From contig CAYLVP010000001.1 in NCBI GenBank assembly GCA_964387155.1, positions 14,247 to 78,246 on the forward strand: 64,000 nt of DNA, in the 5' to 3' direction. The stretch is from an uncultured Rhodobacterales bacterium (GTDB lineage: Bacteria; Pseudomonadota; Alphaproteobacteria; Rhodobacterales; Rhodobacteraceae). Below are positions 34,271-45,875 of the stretch, in pieces (the first letter of the stretch is position 1; each line of letters opens with the position of its first letter). Under the pieces are notes generated by a model. It was not told where the DNA came from. It made no database searches and saw nothing but the letters and a program-made list of their open reading frames with translations. A program made the position numbers and the translations under genes.

Positions 34271-35079
34271 CGCCTGAGCACGCCCGCACCCGGCAGCGCG
34301 ATCCAGGTACCCCCCAAGGCCCGCGCCCGCGCGCCGGTGCCCAGCTTGAAACGCGCAAGCCCCAAAGCGGCGTCGCGGTCAATGGTGCCAAGATCCAGCC
34401 GGGTCACGCCCAGCGTTTTGACATGCTTGACCCCATGCCACAGCAATGCGCGATGCGCGTCAAGCCTCCGACCTGCCTGGGTGGCATGTGAGATATGATA
34501 GCTGGCGACATCCCCGTGACGCAGAAACACCATGCCGGCGACCGTCTCGCCCCTATGGCGCGCTTCGATCAGCAGGGCGTCTTTGGGAAACAGCTGGACC
34601 CAGGCCTGCGTGATCCAAAGCGGCAGGGCGCGGTAGCGACGGGCGCGGGATTGCGCGTATTCGGCCTTGAGCAGCCAATGGTCGGGGCTGGCGCTCATCG
34701 TGGTAACGGTGAGCTTCATCTTGTTGTCGCGGGCCTTGCCCAGCGCATGCCGCCAGGTTTTGCGAAGGCCGTTGTGCAATTCTGCCCGGCTGGCTGTGAG
34801 GTCCCATTCCGCCACCTCTTGCGGGGCGTGGAGCCTGCGAAATCCGCTTTGGCTGAGCGGGCCGTCAAATCCGGCCTCGGCGTTGAAAATCCGGGTGCAT
34901 AGTCGCGGGGCAGGTGCGCTGAGCATGGCCCGCGATCCGCGCGAGATCAGCCCGACTGGCAGTCCCGCGAAGCGGCGCAGCAGCATATTGCCATGCTCCG
35001 TCTCGATCACATTGCGACCGCCCGCGCGCAGACAGGCGGCAAATTGCGGGTGTTGTTGCAGGGGGCGCAGCATGGGCAC
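34231..35079 (-). CDS. GNAT/FemAB-like acyltransferase
   Basis: RLDLGTID...GLARFKLGTGA C-terminal motif; L+K.WR..L. Confidence 0.75.
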   Translation of the reverse strand: MPMLRPLQQHPQFAACLRAGGRNVIETEHGNMLLRRFAGLPVGLISRGSRAMLSAPAPRLCTRIFNAEAGFDGPLSQSGFRRLHAPQEVAEWDLTASRAELHNGLRKTWRHALGKARDNKMKLTVTTMSASPDHWLLKAEYAQSRARRYRALPLWITQAWVQLFPKDALLIEARHRGETVAGMVFLRHGDVASYHISHATQAGRRLDAHRALLWHGVKHVKTLGVTRLDLGTIDRDAALGLARFKLGTGARARALGGTWIALPGAGVLRRQFMRHSPSGQKA

Positions 35080-35109
35080 GATCCTGCGCCCACGCTGGTT
35101 AATGGCTGA

Positions 35110-36360
35110 TTAACCGAGCTTGACCAGAGCGTGCCGCTTCTTGCCCGCGCTCAGCTTGATGGGCGTGGCCAGATCGGCCGGGGTCACAAACAGCCCCGCA
35201 TCGGTCAGGTCCGCATCATTGAGCTTCGCGCCGCCCTCCGCGATCAGGCGCTTGGCCTCCTTGCCGGAGGCTGCCAGCCCTGAGCGGACGATCAGCTGCA
35301 CAACAGAGATCCCATCCCCCAGATCACCTGCATCCAGCTCCAGCGTGGGCAGATCGTCGCCCGTGCCGCCCTTCTCGAACACTTCGCGGGCCGTGGCTTC
35401 TGCGGCGGCTGCGGCCTCTGTGCCATGCAGCAGGGTCGTCACCTCATTGGCGAGGATCACTTTGGCCGCGTTGATCTCTGATCCTTCCAGGCTGCCCAAG
35501 CGGTCACATTCCTCAAGCGGCAATTCGGTGAAGAGCTTGAGGAACTTGCCGGTGTCCGCGTCGGTCGTGTTCCGCCAGAACTGCCAGAATTCGTAAGGCG
35601 ACAGCATCTCGCCATTCAGCCAGACCGCCCCGCCCTGGCTCTTGCCCATCTTGCGCCCGTCCGAGGTGGTCAGCAGCGGCGTCGTCAGCCCGTAGATCTC
35701 ATGGTCCAGAACGCGGCGGGTCAGATCGATCCCGTTGACGATGTTGCCCCATTGGTCCGAGCCGCCCATCTGCAGCAGGCAGCCATAGCGCCGGTTGAGT
35801 TCGAGGAAGTCATAGGCCTGCAGGATCATGTAGTTGAATTCGAGAAATGACAGTGACTGCTCCCGGTCGAGCCGCGATTTGACGCTTTCAAAACTCAGCA
35901 TCCGGTTGACCGAGAAATGCCGCCCGATGTCGCGCAGAAATTCGAGGTAGTTCAGCCCGTCCAGCCATTCGGCATTGTTGAGCATGATCGCATCAGAGGC
36001 CCCATCGCCATAGCTGAGGTATTTCGCGAACACCTGCTGCATCCCGTCGATATTGGCATTGATCGCGGCCTCGTCCAGCAAGGGCCGCTCGTCGGCGCGA
36101 AAGCTGGGGTCCCCCACCTTTGTCGTGCCGCCGCCCATAAGCGTGATCGGTTTGCCGCCCGTCTTCTGGAACCAGCGCAAGACCATGATATTCATCAGAT
36201 GGCCCACATGCAGCGATTTCGCGGTCGCGTCATAGCCGATATAGGCAGGCACCACCCCTGCGATCAGCGCCTCGTCAAGCCCTTGATAATCGGTGCAATC
36301 GGCCAAAAAGCCACGTTCGATCATCACGCGCAGGAAGTCGGATTTGGGGTGGTATGTCAT
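35110..36360 (-). CDS. tyrS: Tyrosine-tRNA ligase
   Basis: [18 protein letters not shown] and C-terminal S4 domain. Confidence 0.97.
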   Translation of the reverse strand: MTYHPKSDFLRVMIERGFLADCTDYQGLDEALIAGVVPAYIGYDATAKSLHVGHLMNIMVLRWFQKTGGKPITLMGGGTTKVGDPSFRADERPLLDEAAINANIDGMQQVFAKYLSYGDGASDAIMLNNAEWLDGLNYLEFLRDIGRHFSVNRMLSFESVKSRLDREQSLSFLEFNYMILQAYDFLELNRRYGCLLQMGGSDQWGNIVNGIDLTRRVLDHEIYGLTTPLLTTSDGRKMGKSQGGAVWLNGEMLSPYEFWQFWRNTTDADTGKFLKLFTELPLEECDRLGSLEGSEINAAKVILANEVTTLLHGTEAAAAAEATAREVFEKGGTGDDLPTLELDAGDLGDGISVVQLIVRSGLAASGKEAKRLIAEGGAKLNDADLTDAGLFVTPADLATPIKLSAGKKRHALVKLG

Positions 36361-36429
36361 TGTGGTAAGGTCCGCATGAAGGGCAATTTTGGCCCACGTA
36401 TAGGCGTCCGCGCGGCGAAGGGGAAGGCC

Positions 36430-37644
36430 ATGGAGACCTCTGATCCCATCTGGGCGCTTGGCGCCATGTCCGGTACCTCGCTGGACGGTGTCGATGCGGC
36501 TATGCTGCGCACGGATGGCGTCGCAATCACAGAGTTCGGGCGGAGCGGCTACAGGCCCTATAGCAAGGCAGAGCAGGCCACGATCCGGGGCGCATTCGGG
36601 CAATGGTGGGGCTATGCGGGTGTGGCAGCAGCGGCGGAGGTGGTCGAGGCCGCGCATGTCTCGCTCTTGTCGGGGTTTCAGGCCGAGCTCATCGGCTTTC
36701 ACGGCCAGACCCTGATGCATGATCCCGCCGGGCGCGGGACCCATCAGGCAGGAGATGGGGCCGTGCTGGCCGAGCTGTTGAAGACCCCGGTGGTGTGGGA
36801 TTTTCGAACCGCTGACGTGCAGCTTGGCGGGCAGGGCGCCCCGCTCGCCCCGTTCTTTCATTTTGCCTGCGCCAAGTGGATGGGGGCGCAGCAGCCGATT
36901 GCGTTTCTCAATCTCGGTGGGGTGGGCAACCTGACCTATGTTGACCCCAGCTTTGTCCGTCCTGAGGAGGCCGGCGCGCTTCTGGCCTTTGATACCGGCC
37001 CCGCCAATGCGCCGATCAATGATCTGATGATGGACCGGCTGGGGCTTGGCCTTGATGAGGACGGTGCATGTGCAGCGATGGGCGTCCCGGACCAGCAGGT
37101 CGTGGCCAGCTTTTTGGCGCATCCCTATTTCTTAAAGATGCCGCCCAAGTCGCTGGACCGAAATGATTTTCCTGCACTGGACGCAATGGTCAACCACCTG
37201 TCGCACGCGGATGCGGCGGCCACGCTGACCGCCTGTGCGGCCGCTGCGGTGGCCAGCGGGTTGCAGCACACGCCCGCGCCGGTCTCGACGCTTTATGTGA
37301 CCGGCGGAGGGCGCAAGAACCCGGTCATCATGCATTTCCTGCGCCGGATCACCAATCTGGATGTGCGCGATATTGATGTGACCGGGCTGAACGGCGACAT
37401 GCTTGAGGCACAGGCCTTTGCCTATCTCGCGGTCAGGGTGGCGCGCGGCCTGCCGACGAGTTGCCCCACCACGACGGGCGTGGCTGCCACGATTGGGGGC
37501 GGGGTGATCAGCCGCCCCGGGGAGCCTGCGTCGGGCGCCGCCCCGCGCCGGGGGCGCATGGGGCGGCATATGCGCCACCATGCCCGCCCTCATCCACGCG
37601 AGTTATCGAAGCCCTCAGGGGCCAGCTCACGCCCCTCAAAGTGA
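36430..37644 (+). CDS. anmK: Anhydro-N-acetylmuramic acid kinase
   Basis: [28 protein letters not shown] and EAQAFA motifs; has a basic C-terminal tail. Confidence 0.93.
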   Translation: METSDPIWALGAMSGTSLDGVDAAMLRTDGVAITEFGRSGYRPYSKAEQATIRGAFGQWWGYAGVAAAAEVVEAAHVSLLSGFQAELIGFHGQTLMHDPAGRGTHQAGDGAVLAELLKTPVVWDFRTADVQLGGQGAPLAPFFHFACAKWMGAQQPIAFLNLGGVGNLTYVDPSFVRPEEAGALLAFDTGPANAPINDLMMDRLGLGLDEDGACAAMGVPDQQVVASFLAHPYFLKMPPKSLDRNDFPALDAMVNHLSHADAAATLTACAAAAVASGLQHTPAPVSTLYVTGGGRKNPVIMHFLRRITNLDVRDIDVTGLNGDMLEAQAFAYLAVRVARGLPTSCPTTTGVAATIGGGVISRPGEPASGAAPRRGRMGRHMRHHARPHPRELSKPSGASSRPSK

Positions 37645-37764
37645 AACCACGGCAATCGGGCCTTGGGCGGCCCATGCCTGCCGATACCCGCCGCCACCGA
37701 GACGCGGGCTGAGCTTAAGCGCGGTGATGCGGTCGCGGGCGGTCATGGCCGTCACCGCCACCAA

Positions 37765-37790
37765 GGAACCCTGCCGCCCCAAGCGGCGTT
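37765..37790 (+). promoter_or_regulatory. sigma-EcfG (general stress response) promoter
   Basis: GGAAC-N17-CGTT matches the alphaproteobacterial EcfG consensus and ends 30 bp before the DUF2945 ATG. Confidence 0.7.
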
Positions 37791-37820
37791 TCGCCCCCAA
37801 CAGTTAAAAGGACAGATGAC

Positions 37821-38036
37821 ATGGCACAGTATTCCAAAGGCGACATGGTGGAATGGGATTGGGGAAACGGCACGGCGGAAGGCAAGGTCGAGAAAACCTA
37901 CACGCAAAAGATTACACGGACGCTGCAGGGCAGTGAGGTGACGCGCAACGGGTCCGACGATGACCCCGCGCTTTACATTGAACAGGACGACGGCAGCGGA
38001 GTGCTCAAGCTCGCCTCAGAGGTGCGGGCGGCGTAG
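37821..38036 (+). CDS. DUF2945 / Hva1-TUDOR-like small stress protein
   Basis: GD.VEW.WG.G.A.G.V...TRNGS.DDPALYIEQ.DG..VLK..SEV; AAAGGA RBS. Confidence 0.8.
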   Translation: MAQYSKGDMVEWDWGNGTAEGKVEKTYTQKITRTLQGSEVTRNGSDDDPALYIEQDDGSGVLKLASEVRAA

Positions 38037-38043
38037 TTGCGAG

Positions 38044-39012
38044 ATGCCAGCCTCAGAGCTTGTTTACTACCTCGACGATCAGCCCGGCATCACCCGGCGC
38101 AAACGCGGGCGTGGGTATCGCTACCATGCTCCTGATGGCACGTCGATTGATCAGGCAAGCGAGGTGGCACGGCTTGACGCCCTAGCTGTGCCACCAGCGT
38201 ATCGCGATGTCTGGATGTCCCCGCTGGCCAATGGCCATTTGCAGGCCACAGGGCGCGATGCGCGCAAGCGAAAGCAATACCGGTATCACGCGGACTGGGC
38301 GCGCCTGCAGGCGGAGACCAAATTCGCGCAGCTCTTGCCGTTCGGCGCTGCGCTGCCGCGGCTGCGGCGCCAGCTGGGCCGTGATCTGACCGCTGAGGTT
38401 GGCGCGCGGGAATTTGCCCTTGCTGCGGCGGTCAGCCTTATCGATCGTGCGGCGCTGCGGGTTGGACACCCCGACTATACCGAGCAAAATGGCAGCTACG
38501 GCGCGCTGACATTGCGCAACCGTCACATGCGCCTGAACGGCCGCGAGATCAGGCTGGACTACCGCGCCAAGGGTGGCAAACGCGTGCGCAAGCAATTGGT
38601 CGACCGGACCTTGGCGCGCGCGCTGGAGAAAGCGGGCGACCTGCCCGGCGCGCGGCTGTTCAGTTGGCAAGATGACGCGGGCGAGCTGCACCCCCTGTCT
38701 TCCGATCAGCTCAACAGCTATATCGCGGAGGCGAGCGGATGCGAGACCGCAACAGCAAAAACGTTTCGCACCTGGGCCGGAACGGTCGCGGCTTTCGAGC
38801 AGGCGGAAAAAGGCGGCGCGACCATCAAATCCATGGCGCAGGCGGCGGCGGAGCGGCTGCATAACACGCCCGCCATGGCGCGCAACAGCTACATTCATCC
38901 ACAGGTGATTGACCTTGCAGGCGCGGAGCCGCCAAGGGTGTCAGCGCCGCGCAAAGCCAATCTTTATGCAGTGGAAAACCGGCTTTTGCACTATCTTGAG
39001 ACGGCCAGCTAA
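38044..39012 (+). CDS. DNA topoisomerase IB (poxvirus-like bacterial type)
   Basis: PPAY.DVW, GHLQATGRDAR.RKQY.YH; catalytic set ALRVG (R), AKGGK (K), KTFRTW (R), LHNT (N) and SYIHP (Y). Confidence 0.92.
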   Translation: MPASELVYYLDDQPGITRRKRGRGYRYHAPDGTSIDQASEVARLDALAVPPAYRDVWMSPLANGHLQATGRDARKRKQYRYHADWARLQAETKFAQLLPFGAALPRLRRQLGRDLTAEVGAREFALAAAVSLIDRAALRVGHPDYTEQNGSYGALTLRNRHMRLNGREIRLDYRAKGGKRVRKQLVDRTLARALEKAGDLPGARLFSWQDDAGELHPLSSDQLNSYIAEASGCETATAKTFRTWAGTVAAFEQAEKGGATIKSMAQAAAERLHNTPAMARNSYIHPQVIDLAGAEPPRVSAPRKANLYAVENRLLHYLETAS

Positions 39013-39014
39013 GC

Positions 39015-40283
39015 TTAATGCACGACCGACCCCGCATGGGTGGCCACCGGCCTGCGGATGGCGAGCATCCGGCGCGCCTCGTCACCACGCCCTTGCCGCA
39101 TCAAGACACTGACCCAGGCAAATTCCACCAGATCGCGTTGCGCGCGCGACCCGCCCAGGCGGGCATGGTCGCGCATCACCGCGCTCAGATGCATCTCGGC
39201 GCGGGGCCAGTCTTCCGCAGCAATCGCCTCGAACCCTTCGGCAAGCTCACGGACCACATCGCCTGCCGGGCCTCTGGCCGCAGCGATGATCTGTCCCAAC
39301 CTGTCGCCATCTCCGGCCATAGCATAGATCAGCGCGGCATGGGCATCGGCAAAGGCAATGCCGGTCTTGGGAAAATATTCTGACGCGTAGCGGCTGAGCG
39401 CGGCCCAACGGTCCTTCGGGACGTCGACGCCACGCCGCTCCGCCCGGTAGAGCAGCGACGCGCTATCGGTCAGCACATTAAGCGCTGGGCTCACCGTCGT
39501 GCCGGGCGCAATCGCGTCATCCATCTGCGCCCACATCAGGTCGAGCGCGCCCTGTTCCAACGCCCAAAGCGCGACATGCCAGCTGAGGTGGCAATGCAGC
39601 AGGCCGGTGCGTTCGTAATCGGGCATCCAGTCGCGCAGATAGCGAAAGCCAGCCTCTGTCTCACCATGCTCGTAATAGAGGTGGGAGCGGATATGAGCCG
39701 CATTCGCATTGCGCGGATTGCCATCGATGGCCCGCTCTATGGTTGCTGCTGCCGGGCCTGTGCAGCCCGCCTCCATCTGCGAGAAAGCGTGCTGCGCGTT
39801 GAACCACCAGTCATCGCCATAGGCGGGCGCAAGCGCGCAGGTGAAGGCCAGCAGCTCGGCCTCGCGACCGGGCTGGCCGCTGAACCCGATCAGGGAGAAC
39901 ACGCCGGTGCAGGTCGAGGCGGCGAGCGCGTCGCGCGGCTGGTCCAAAAGATGCGCACGTATCGCGGCATAGCCCTCTCTGGGCTTGCCCGAGAGCAGCA
40001 GATTGAAGGCGTCTAGATGCGCGGCCTCAGAGGCGCTGACACCTGTGCAGGCCATTGCGGCGTCGCGGGCGGCTGATATCTCGGCCTGATTGCCCCAAAG
40101 CTGATGGTGGCGCGCAAGAGCCATATGGGCGAGGGCAAAGTTGGGATCGAGCGCTATCGCGGCCTCAAAGCAGGTCTCAGCGCCCTCCCAGCTGGCCAGA
40201 ATACGGTCGATACCCTCGACATAGGCGTCGCGCGCCGCCGTTGACGCGGTGCTTAAGGTGTTGCCGTATCGGTCCTGCAGCAC
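39015..40283 (-). CDS. TPR protein, TTC38-like
   Basis: AH..SH..YE, H.H..WH.AL and LGGS.AQRD.V motifs; GTG start. Confidence 0.75.
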   Translation of the reverse strand: MLQDRYGNTLSTASTAARDAYVEGIDRILASWEGAETCFEAAIALDPNFALAHMALARHHQLWGNQAEISAARDAAMACTGVSASEAAHLDAFNLLLSGKPREGYAAIRAHLLDQPRDALAASTCTGVFSLIGFSGQPGREAELLAFTCALAPAYGDDWWFNAQHAFSQMEAGCTGPAAATIERAIDGNPRNANAAHIRSHLYYEHGETEAGFRYLRDWMPDYERTGLLHCHLSWHVALWALEQGALDLMWAQMDDAIAPGTTVSPALNVLTDSASLLYRAERRGVDVPKDRWAALSRYASEYFPKTGIAFADAHAALIYAMAGDGDRLGQIIAAARGPAGDVVRELAEGFEAIAAEDWPRAEMHLSAVMRDHARLGGSRAQRDLVEFAWVSVLMRQGRGDEARRMLAIRRPVATHAGSVVH

Positions 40284-40349
40284 AGTCGCTCCCCCTTCGC
40301 TTTCAGCCAGTACCTTTGGCCAGTGCGCCAGTATTTTCCGTATCCGTGG

Positions 40350-41765
40350 CTAGGGCAAGGCCGCGTCTGATTTTGCTGCGAGGCTCTTAGGGGGCAGGGC
40401 GCGCATATGTTCGGAGTGCAGCCTGGCGTCAATATAAAGCGAAACCGTCGTGCCCACGCCAAGCGCGCTGTCGATATGGACGCCGCCGCCTGATTGCTCT
40501 GCAAATCCGCGCGCCATGGACAAGCCCAGCCCCGATCCATCGCCCGTGTCTTTCGTGGTGAAGAACGGCTCGGTGATGCGGGCCAATGTGTCCGGCGTCA
40601 TGCCGTCGCCCTGATCGCTGACGGTGAACCGCAAATAGCTGCTCGCGGGCAGCCTGCCTGACAGCGTCTCGACCGGGCCTGTGACAAGTTTGACGGCTAC
40701 CTCGATGGCGCCCGTTTTGCCTGACATCGCATCGCGCGCGTTCAGGATGAGGTTCATCACGGCCGCGCAAAGCTGATTGGAGTCTGTCACCACGGGCTTG
40801 AGGTCGGGTTCGATTTCGAATGTCGCGGTCAGGGTGGAGGGCAGGAGCCGCTTGCTCATACTGGCCAGCTCAAGCGTCAGGGGCTCGATATTGGTGAGCG
40901 TCGGGGCGAGCCGTGATTGGCGGGAGAATGCCAGAAGCTGCGCGATCACCCCTTCCGCCCGGGTTGCGGCGGCGAGGGCTTCGTTGATGACCTCCTCGCG
41001 CTCCTCGGGTGTGCGAAGCTCCTGGTAGAGCTCCAGATTGCCCTTCACAACCGTCAGGATATTATTGAAATCATGCGCCACGCCGCCCGTCAGCCGCCCG
41101 ATGGCGCGAATTTTCTGATCATGCACCGCTGCGACCTGCGCCTCGGCCAGCCGTTCCTGCGTGGTGATGTTGCCCATCTGCGCGAGGATGTAATAGCCCG
41201 ACACCGCAATCATACCCACGAAGAGGACGATATCTTCAGCCAGCGTGGGGCTGCGCAGAATTTCGGTGATGCCCAAAAAGAAGCAATACAGCACAATGCA
41301 AAACATGTCCCAATAGGCGACAGGACAGCGTGTTTTGTGCCGCGATAGGTTGAACACTGCGTGTCCGGCGATGCCCGCAATTGCCATGGCATGAAGCGCA
41401 GGTTGCCCCTCCATCGTCCACAGATAGAGCGGCATAAATACAAAAATACCGGAGCTCACGAAATTGCCGAGCACAAAAAGGCGGTACCGCTTGCGCGACG
41501 CCGAACCGCGGAGCCTGTAGAGCGACACGGCGTAGAAGGCATTTGCCGTGAGATAGGCCGCCAGCCAAATCAGCATGACGCGATCGCCTGTGGCGTAATA
41601 GAGCGCAATGCCCGCCGCCGCGACGACCAGATAGCGCAGCGGCCAGTCAAAGGAGGCGCCGGCATCCGCCTGCCTCAATGTCGCGATCTTCGCGTCATAG
41701 GGGCCCGCCTCGGCGGGCTCCCCTGAGGAGTGGTCTTGATCAGAGGTGGAATCGTTACGTGTCAC
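40350..41765 (-). CDS. Membrane sensor histidine kinase (no receiver domain)
   Basis: About 6 TM helices, GGVAHDFNNIL H-box, NARDAM, EPFFTTK and GSGLGL motifs. Confidence 0.9.
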   Translation of the reverse strand: MTRNDSTSDQDHSSGEPAEAGPYDAKIATLRQADAGASFDWPLRYLVVAAAGIALYYATGDRVMLIWLAAYLTANAFYAVSLYRLRGSASRKRYRLFVLGNFVSSGIFVFMPLYLWTMEGQPALHAMAIAGIAGHAVFNLSRHKTRCPVAYWDMFCIVLYCFFLGITEILRSPTLAEDIVLFVGMIAVSGYYILAQMGNITTQERLAEAQVAAVHDQKIRAIGRLTGGVAHDFNNILTVVKGNLELYQELRTPEEREEVINEALAAATRAEGVIAQLLAFSRQSRLAPTLTNIEPLTLELASMSKRLLPSTLTATFEIEPDLKPVVTDSNQLCAAVMNLILNARDAMSGKTGAIEVAVKLVTGPVETLSGRLPASSYLRFTVSDQGDGMTPDTLARITEPFFTTKDTGDGSGLGLSMARGFAEQSGGGVHIDSALGVGTTVSLYIDARLHSEHMRALPPKSLAAKSDAALP

Positions 41766-41895
41766 GGGGCAGGGCGGCTCTGCAAGATTGCTGCTCTAAG
41801 CCTCGCATAGGTACGACTGATAAATCCAGAGAAAAACCAGTTTTTGAGACTTTTCCCTTGGCCACTGATTTCGGTCTGCGGTTTCGGTCTGCCAT

Positions 41896-43302
<1,407 letters not shown>

Positions 43303-43454
43303 TCATAAGCGGGCGTTTTCGCGCTAAATTTTCTAGGAAATTGAAATGACATATCCTTAAATAGTCATGCAATTACATGTAGTTATGGGTGTTGGAGTAA
43401 CCATGCGGTAACCGGCGCAAGTGCAAATGATCCTCGCGAATAAAGGGGACGACC

Positions 43455-45443
43455 ATGTCTGCACAGCAAACCAGCATTGCCATCCAAGACGTTGGCGGGG
43501 ACAGCGACCAGGTGATCAGTGATGACCATTTCGGTGGCATCTATATCGGGTATCGCAGGTTTGAACGGTACGAGACCGCTGACGCCGCAACAGGGCTCAG
43601 CAATGTACGCTGGCCGGGCGGGGCCGCGTCTGAGAAAGTGTCGTGGTACGGGTTAGAATTTGACAACCTCACCGACCCGAACTCCAACAAGCCGGGTCTG
43701 CGCGAAATGGCGGGCTACGCGATTGCCAATGACGTGCCGCTGAACGTGATTATCCCGACCGGCGAATATAAGAATGATCTGGCGCGTGCGCGAGTTGATT
43801 TCGAAGACCTGCTGGATCGCATCACCTCGGGAAGCCTGGGGCCGATGCCGGACAAGCTGACCTTCGAGATCGGCAACGAATATTACGCGATGAGCGAGTT
43901 TCGCAACAATCCGTCAAAATACGGCGAGGTTGCAAACGCCTTTGCCGAAACGATGGCCGAATATATGGCCGACAACCCCGGTGCTTTTGGCGATACGCAG
44001 GTAAAGTTCACCGCGCAGATCGGCAAGTCATTGTCCGATAACGCTGAAATCCTGTCCGAGATCTCTGATCTTGGCATGTCAGCCATTGATACGCTGGTTT
44101 TCCACCGCTTTGCCTGGGGCATGGATGACGCCGACAATATCGAAGACCGGGTTGCCGAAGCTATGCAAGAATGGGTCGATGCGGGTCTTACCCCGGATTA
44201 CGAGACCTATCTGTCAGGCTGGAATGTCGGTTCCTGGACGCGGGAAGAGGCGCGTGACCAATTTTTGAAGCTGATGGCGGAGGAGTTTGGCGAAGTCATC
44301 TCGGAAAACAGCATCGATCTTGATGCACGCAACCACCGGAATTTTGAAAGCTTCTGGCAATCGGGCGACCTGACCTCGGCCAGCGGGCAAGTCGTTACCA
44401 CCAAATGGGGTGTTGCAAACCGCGATTATGGCCTCGCGCAGGCCTCAGCGATGGTTGAAATCCTGTCGACATTTGTCAGCCAAGGTGTGGACTCGGCCAG
44501 CCTTTACGGCGTCGACACGCCCTATGCCGCACATCTGTCCTTTGGTGACGATATCTTTGTGGGCGGTGCCATGATGCAGATGATGTCTGAAACCTTGCCC
44601 GGTCTCACCGTGATGGAGACCGGCCTGGAAAATATGCGCGACAACGCCATCAACGTTCACGCCTTCGAGGGCGAGGGGAAAATGGTCCTTTACGTCTCGG
44701 TGGACGAGCTGGCCAACGGGTTTGACGCAACTGTCGATCTGTCGGCGCTGGATGTTGATATCGCGCGGATCGAGGCACGTAGCCTGACATCCGAACTCGA
44801 CCCGAACTGGATGACCAATTATGACATCGTCGACCGCCCCGACCTTGATGAAAGCGAGGAGGGGCGGCTGTATGAAACCGGGATCATCAGTGACAAATCC
44901 GTAACCCAGGAAGACGGTGTTTTGGGTTTCCGCTTCGACGAAAGCTTCGAAGTTGTCGAGCTGGTCCTGACCCTTTCGCAGCAGATGGACGGCACGTCAG
45001 GCGATGACATGCTGATGGGCGGCCAGAGCGATGACGTGATCGAGGGCCTTGCCGGAGACGACATACTGGACGCCACCCAAGGCGGCGCGGATATCCTGAC
45101 CGGTGGGGCGGGCGAGGATGTGTTTGTCTTTGGGGGCGATGGCGAGATGGACCGCATCACCGATTTCGAGCTTGGCAAAGACACAATCGATCTGCATGGG
45201 CTCACCGATGGGCTTGGCATGGTCCGCGTCTCGCTGGGCGAGTTCGATTTTGTCCGCATGCGCCGTTTTGAGGAAGATGGCGAATTCGAAGCGGGGGAGA
45301 TCGTCTTTGAGCAGACCGGTGATGACGTCACGGTGCGCTATGTGGGCGACACGTCGCATCTGGCGCAGGCCAAAACGGTGGACATTGTGGTCATCGAGGG
45401 CGTCAATCTAGACGACATGTCTTTGCAGGATTTCTCCTTCTAG
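43455..45443 (+). CDS. RTX Ca-binding secreted protein with an N-terminal clan GH-A-like domain
   Basis: RWPGG and FEIGNEY motifs; GGxGxD-type nonapeptides (GGQSDD, GLAGDD, GGAGED); DRITDFE.G.D.IDL T1SS C-terminus; very acidic. Confidence 0.75.
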   Translation: MSAQQTSIAIQDVGGDSDQVISDDHFGGIYIGYRRFERYETADAATGLSNVRWPGGAASEKVSWYGLEFDNLTDPNSNKPGLREMAGYAIANDVPLNVIIPTGEYKNDLARARVDFEDLLDRITSGSLGPMPDKLTFEIGNEYYAMSEFRNNPSKYGEVANAFAETMAEYMADNPGAFGDTQVKFTAQIGKSLSDNAEILSEISDLGMSAIDTLVFHRFAWGMDDADNIEDRVAEAMQEWVDAGLTPDYETYLSGWNVGSWTREEARDQFLKLMAEEFGEVISENSIDLDARNHRNFESFWQSGDLTSASGQVVTTKWGVANRDYGLAQASAMVEILSTFVSQGVDSASLYGVDTPYAAHLSFGDDIFVGGAMMQMMSETLPGLTVMETGLENMRDNAINVHAFEGEGKMVLYVSVDELANGFDATVDLSALDVDIARIEARSLTSELDPNWMTNYDIVDRPDLDESEEGRLYETGIISDKSVTQEDGVLGFRFDESFEVVELVLTLSQQMDGTSGDDMLMGGQSDDVIEGLAGDDILDATQGGADILTGGAGEDVFVFGGDGEMDRITDFELGKDTIDLHGLTDGLGMVRVSLGEFDFVRMRRFEEDGEFEAGEIVFEQTGDDVTVRYVGDTSHLAQAKTVDIVVIEGVNLDDMSLQDFSF

Positions 45444-45461
45444 GCGGGACGTTTGGCGCGG

Positions 45462-45875
45462 TTAGTCGCCACTATCCTTCACGCCGTAAAGCTCTAGCCG
45501 GTGGCCCTTCAGGCGGTAGCCGAGCCGCTGGGCGATCTGCTCTTGCAGCGCTTCGATTTCGGGGTCAACGAACTCGATCACTTCGCCGGTCTGCATGTCG
45601 ATGAGATGGTCGTGATGGTCGCGTTCCGCATCCTCATACCGCGCGCGCCCGTCCCCGAATTCGAGCCGTTCCAGCAGCCCGGCCTCCTCGAACAGTTTTA
45701 CGGTGCGATAGACCGTCGCGATAGAAATGCCTGCATCGCGGGTCACGGCGCGGGCATGCAGCTCCTCCACATCCGGGTGATCCTGCGCTTCTTCGAGAAT
45801 TTCAGCGATCACCACCCGCTGCCCGGTCATCCGAAGCCCTTTCTTGGCGGATCGCTCGATCAATGTGTCTGCCAT
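45462..45875 (-). CDS. fur: Fur-family regulator (Fur/Mur)
   Basis: GLRMTGQR, ISIATVYRT and HHDHLID motifs. Confidence 0.85.
   Translation of the reverse strand: MADTLIERSAKKGLRMTGQRVVIAEILEEAQDHPDVEELHARAVTRDAGISIATVYRTVKLFEEAGLLERLEFGDGRARYEDAERDHHDHLIDMQTGEVIEFVDPEIEALQEQIAQRLGYRLKGHRLELYGVKDSGD

Noticed and set aside
35110-37122. Apparent long N-terminal extensions of TyrS, AnmK and the DEAD helicase in the ORF track
   Set aside because: Artefacts of first-start calling; they overlap divergent genes, and downstream starts give canonical lengths.
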